This document shows, one piece after another, positions 33,811 to 37,389 of a stretch of DNA of 37,389 nucleotides. The translations under genes were made by a program, and so were the position numbers. Within the stretch, counting starts at the first letter, position 1; the number at the start of each line of letters is the position of its first letter. This stretch comes from a virus (lineage: Duplodnaviria > Caudoviricetes). A model generated the notes under the pieces. It was not told where the DNA came from. It did no database searches and was given only the letters and a program-made list of their open reading frames with translations. The stretch lies in IMG/VR virus record IMGVR_UViG_3300010362_000054, positions 1-37,389 of that record, one strand, 5' to 3'.

Positions 33811-36800
33811 ATGCCCGGTTTCCTGCTCGAGGACGATGCCGTCCAGGCGCGCAAGAACGTCATGGACGAGTGGATCGAGGAGCAGAAGCGGAAGGCCGCG
33901 CAGGCTGCGCAAGGCGCGGCGACAGCCGTCCAGCAGACCGTCGAGCCGATTAGTGCCGCATTCCAGCAGCGTAAGCAGGCAATGGATGACTGGTTGGCGG
34001 AGCAGCAGGCACAGCCACCCGTAGCGCAACCGGCACCAACTCCTGCGCCAGCGCCAGTAGCCATGCCGACGGCCTCGGCGCCTGTCACGCCCGAGGAGCA
34101 GCAACGCCGCAGTGCGATGGAGGACTGGCTCAACCAGCGCCAGCAGGACGTACAAAACGTCGCCGGCGCGGTGCAGACCGCGGTCGCGCCGGCACTGCCG
34201 CACAGCGAAGAGCCGGCTACGGCGACCGATCAGGCGGCGGCAGGTCCCGACGTCGGCTCGCGCTGGAAGACGAGCTTCGACTTCGGGCAGACCTATACCG
34301 GCAATTACCGCACTGGCACGCCCCACCGCGGTGTGGACCTCGTGCCATCCGACGGCAAGGGCATCGGCACCGAAGTGGACGCGTTCACGCCGGGCACGGT
34401 GACCAACATCTCGCGCGACAGTGGCGCTGGCGGGCTGATGGTCTACGTGCAGGATGCGCAAGGGCTGACGCACGCGTACATGCACCTGGCCAACGCCGCT
34501 CCTGGGCTTCAGGTTGGCCAGAAGGTCAACCGCGGCGACTACATCGCCAACATGGGCGAGAGTGGCACTGAGGGCTCGCCACACCTGCACTACGAGGTGC
34601 GCAAGAACGCCGCCACCGGCGATCCGCTCGACCAGCGCATCGACCCGCGTCCGTACGTGCGCGGCGCCGGAGCTCCGGCACAACAGGCGCAGCAGCCGCC
34701 GCCGCCGGTCATCACCGGCGCACAGGACTTCCTGGCCAACGCCAGCGACCGTGTGCGCGGTCAGATCGACGCGATTCAGCGCGCGAGCCAGAGCACTGGC
34801 GTGCCGCAGTCGATCATCGCCGCGATCATGGACACCGAGAACGGTGGACCGCGCAGCGAGAGCCCCGCGGGCGCGCTCGGATTCATGCAAGTCCTGCGGA
34901 GCTGGTTCAGACCCGGTGAGGACCCATTCGATCCGCTGACCAACATCACGCGCGGCGCCGAGATTCTGCGCGACAACTTCAACCGGTGGGGCAACGACTG
35001 GACGAAGGCCGCGGCGGCGTACTTCGGTGCGATCGACGCGCGCGGCAACATCACCGACGCGCGCGACGCCGGCGGACAGACTGGCACCGGCTACGTCAGC
35101 CAGTTCCTGGGCAATCTCAAGAACTACGCGCAGGCTGGCGTGCAGGGGTTGCAGGTTGGCGGTGAGAGCGCACTCGGCACGCTCGGTCAGGGTGCGCAGG
35201 CAGTAGCTGACCGTGCGCAGCAGCTCGCCGATCAGTCCACACAACTCGCGCAGGCGAGCGCAGCGCGCGCGCAGCAAGCGCAGGACCTGCTCGATCAGAC
35301 ACGCCAGCGCTTCGAGTCGCAACAGCGTCAGTTTTCAGAGGAGAACGAGCGCTACTTCCAGGGGATGGAGCAGCGCCGCGCACAGCAGCAGCGCGATCTG
35401 CTCCAGCCGCGTCAGTTCGACTCGAGCCTGGGCGGGCTCAACGAGCCGGTGCGCGCGATGCAACCTGGTCAGTACGGCTTTCAGGCGCCAGACCTGAGCG
35501 GCGTACCGGGTGCAGTTGGTGGCTACTTCGATCGCCTTGGCACCGCGGCCAGTCAAGCTGGCCAGCACGCGCTCGCTAATCCGCTGACGCCACTGGTCAC
35601 ACCCGGGGAAATGGGCCAGGCACTCCAAGAGCAGTTCACCACCGGCGTGCCGGCCAGGATCATGGCGCAGGACAAAGAAGTCACTGATGCCGCAGCGAAC
35701 GCCGCGATCGCCAAGGCCAGGGAGTTCGGGCGCAACCCTACGCCTGAGCAAGAGCAGGCGATCCGCACCGCGTTCAGCGCGTTCGCGCCGTCTACGTTGC
35801 CGCTCGCGTTCGTCGGTGGCGAGGGCGCGGTCATTCCGCGCATCGCTGAAGGTATCGGCCTAACCGGTCTGTCGGGCCTCGGCATGGCTGGTGGCGAAGC
35901 GCTCGAGCCTAATTTGCCCGAGCCGCTGCGTCCGTTTGCGTCGCTCGTCGGCGGGTTCGCCGCGCCGATTGCGGGCAGCATCGCCGCACGCGCGGCGCCG
36001 TCCCTTGCTCGAGCTGCGGTCCGGCCAGGTGCATCCGGCGTCCGCGCGGGCATTGTCGCGGGCGCGCCCGAGGCGGCGCCCGGCACCACGCGCGTGTACC
36101 ACGGTGGTAGCGCGGAGTTTGGGCGACCGGATCCGGCAATGCTCAGCGAGGAGAGCATGTACGGGCCGGCGTACTACCTGACCGACGAGCCGCGCGTAGC
36201 TGGCGGACGGGTGAGCCAGGGTGGTCGCATCCTGCAGCGCGGCTACGCCCAGGAGGCGATGCATCCCGGCTTCGACGAGCGCGCGCTGGCGGTGGACGAG
36301 GAGCGTGCCACCAACCGCATGCTCGCGGCGCAGCAGGACCTGCGGCTCGCGCAAGAGCACCGCAATCCGGTTCAGGAGACCGAGGCGCTCTACCGCGTCA
36401 ACCGCGCGCAGCAGGACCTCGACGAGATCGCTCGAGATCGAGCGGCGGCGATGAGCGAGCCATCGGGTCCGAATGTGCGCCCGGTGGACATGCCGAACGA
36501 CTTGAAGCTGCTCGACACCGCGGCGCCGGTGTCCGACGAGGACCTGCAGGCGATCCGCCGCACGGTGCAGGATGCGATCGGTCCGTCCGATGTGTTCGAT
36601 CGCCAGCTCGCACGCTACCTCGATCCTCAGCGGCAGGCGTTCGATCGCATCAGTCCGTCCGGCCAGGCGGTGTACGAAGCGCTGACTGCGGAGTTCGGCC
36701 GCACCGGCAAGGCGTACGCCACCGCCAATCGCATCCTCGCCGATGCCGGCTTCGACGGCATCAAGTACCCCGGCGGGCGGATCATGCCGATCGTCGATGC

Positions 36801-37389
36801 GGCCGGCCAGGAGATCCGCCACAACGCGTACGCCATCTTCCCGGAGTCGCTCGACAAGCTGACCAACGCCGCGGCTGGTACGCGCGGCGGCATCCTTCCG
36901 ACTGCGGCCGAGAGCGCGCTCGCGCCGATCGCTCGCCGCGCGGCCGGTTCCCTCGCGGGTGGAACGATCGGCTATGCCACGGCGCCCGAAGGTGCCACGC
37001 AAGAAGAGCGCATGCAACGTGCCGCGGTGGGCGCCGGCGCGGGACTCGGGTTGGCCACCGGTCTCGAGGGCCTCGGCCTGGTGGGCAGACCCGGTCTCCG
37101 CGCTAGCGTCATCGACGAGCTCCGCGCCGGCGTGCGCGGGGCGGAGAAGCCCAACGAGCTGGTGCAGCGCCTCGCTGCTGAGGCCGGCGCCGAAGAGGCC
37201 GCGGCCGAGAAGGTCTTCTCCGGTCCGATCGCCGACCGCCTCGCCAGTGTGGGCCAGCAGCCGGTCACCGCGGCCGAGGTCGAGAACGCGCGCCAGACGC
37301 TCGCACAGCTCGCGCAGCGCGGCGATCGCATCACTGGTGTCCCGCAGCAGTTCGCCACACCGGAGGGGCTGGCGCAGCTCCGCGCGCGC
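33811..37389 (+). CDS. Giant ejection/internal virion protein, N-terminal 1193 codons (M23 peptidase + SLT lytic transglycosylase + ART-PolyVal-like domain); open at the right edge and continues in frame at position 1
   Basis: Absent from the ORF track because it has no stop. ATG at 33811 (MPGFLLEDDAVQARKN...), read by hand to the end of the window. M23 motifs HRGVD (34324) and PHLHYEV (34579). SLT motifs IMDTENGG, GALGFMQV, AAAAYFG (about 34800-35030). ART-like motifs RVYHGG..F (36091), YGPAYYLTD, GFDGIKY (36748), AYAIFP. Confidence 0.85.
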   Translation, partial: MPGFLLEDDAVQARKNVMDEWIEEQKRKAAQAAQGAATAVQQTVEPISAAFQQRKQAMDDWLAEQQAQPPVAQPAPTPAPAPVAMPTASAPVTPEEQQRRSAMEDWLNQRQQDVQNVAGAVQTAVAPALPHSEEPATATDQAAAGPDVGSRWKTSFDFGQTYTGNYRTGTPHRGVDLVPSDGKGIGTEVDAFTPGTVTNISRDSGAGGLMVYVQDAQGLTHAYMHLANAAPGLQVGQKVNRGDYIANMGESGTEGSPHLHYEVRKNAATGDPLDQRIDPRPYVRGAGAPAQQAQQPPPPVITGAQDFLANASDRVRGQIDAIQRASQSTGVPQSIIAAIMDTENGGPRSESPAGALGFMQVLRSWFRPGEDPFDPLTNITRGAEILRDNFNRWGNDWTKAAAAYFGAIDARGNITDARDAGGQTGTGYVSQFLGNLKNYAQAGVQGLQVGGESALGTLGQGAQAVADRAQQLADQSTQLAQASAARAQQAQDLLDQTRQRFESQQRQFSEENERYFQGMEQRRAQQQRDLLQPRQFDSSLGGLNEPVRAMQPGQYGFQAPDLSGVPGAVGGYFDRLGTAASQAGQHALANPLTPLVTPGEMGQALQEQFTTGVPARIMAQDKEVTDAAANAAIAKAREFGRNPTPEQEQAIRTAFSAFAPSTLPLAFVGGEGAVIPRIAEGIGLTGLSGLGMAGGEALEPNLPEPLRPFASLVGGFAAPIAGSIAARAAPSLARAAVRPGASGVRAGIVAGAPEAAPGTTRVYHGGSAEFGRPDPAMLSEESMYGPAYYLTDEPRVAGGRVSQGGRILQRGYAQEAMHPGFDERALAVDEERATNRMLAAQQDLRLAQEHRNPVQETEALYRVNRAQQDLDEIARDRAAAMSEPSGPNVRPVDMPNDLKLLDTAAPVSDEDLQAIRRTVQDAIGPSDVFDRQLARYLDPQRQAFDRISPSGQAVYEALTAEFGRTGKAYATANRILADAGFDGIKYPGGRIMPIVDAAGQEIRHNAYAIFPESLDKLTNAAAGTRGGILPTAAESALAPIARRAAGSLAGGTIGYATAPEGATQEERMQRAAVGAGAGLGLATGLEGLGLVGRPGLRASVIDELRAGVRGAEKPNELVQRLAAEAGAEEAAAEKVFSGPIADRLASVGQQPVTAAEVENARQTLAQLAQRGDRITGVPQQFATPEGLAQLRAR

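Noticed and set aside
33811-37389. Tape-measure protein of a siphovirus
   Set aside because: M23 + SLT also occur in tape measures, but there is no major tail protein or tail assembly chaperone pair, the enzymes are N-terminal, and nozzle-like and ejection-like genes are present. Not fully excluded.

Overview
The window looks like an essentially complete, circularly permuted genome of a GC-rich temperate tailed phage with a podovirus-like virion: no tape-measure or sheath gene, but large ejection-type proteins. An ORF starting at 33811 runs off the right end and continues in frame into 1..2016, and an unsplit attP (3' half of tRNA-Cys(GCA), flanked by paired arm-type repeats) sits beside the integrase. 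Both point to a circular, excised molecule. Module order on the circle: TerS/TerL, accessory genes (DUF5131, stand-alone NrS-1-like primase domain, AN1-like Zn finger, antisense membrane peptide), portal, giant ejection protein (M23 + SLT + ART-PolyVal-like), two more ejection-type proteins, scaffold, major capsid, head/tail genes, amidase endolysin with three small membrane proteins, a leftward operon of small genes, XRE/integrase/attP/Xis, an HTH-PAS regulator divergent from an RHH-like gene, then early and replication genes (Rpf-like secreted muralytic enzyme, MTase, VRR-NUC, primase-helicase, Cas4-like nuclease with an embedded duplicated ori-like element). No spanins were seen, which suggests a monoderm host with peptidoglycan (inference). 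The most novel candidates are the HTH-PAS sensor in the switch position, the multi-enzyme ejection protein with a putative ADP-ribosyltransferase, a free-standing paralog of the endolysin N-terminal domain, and two primase domains that each lack a different catalytic motif. All family calls come from reading motifs by eye; no database searches were run.
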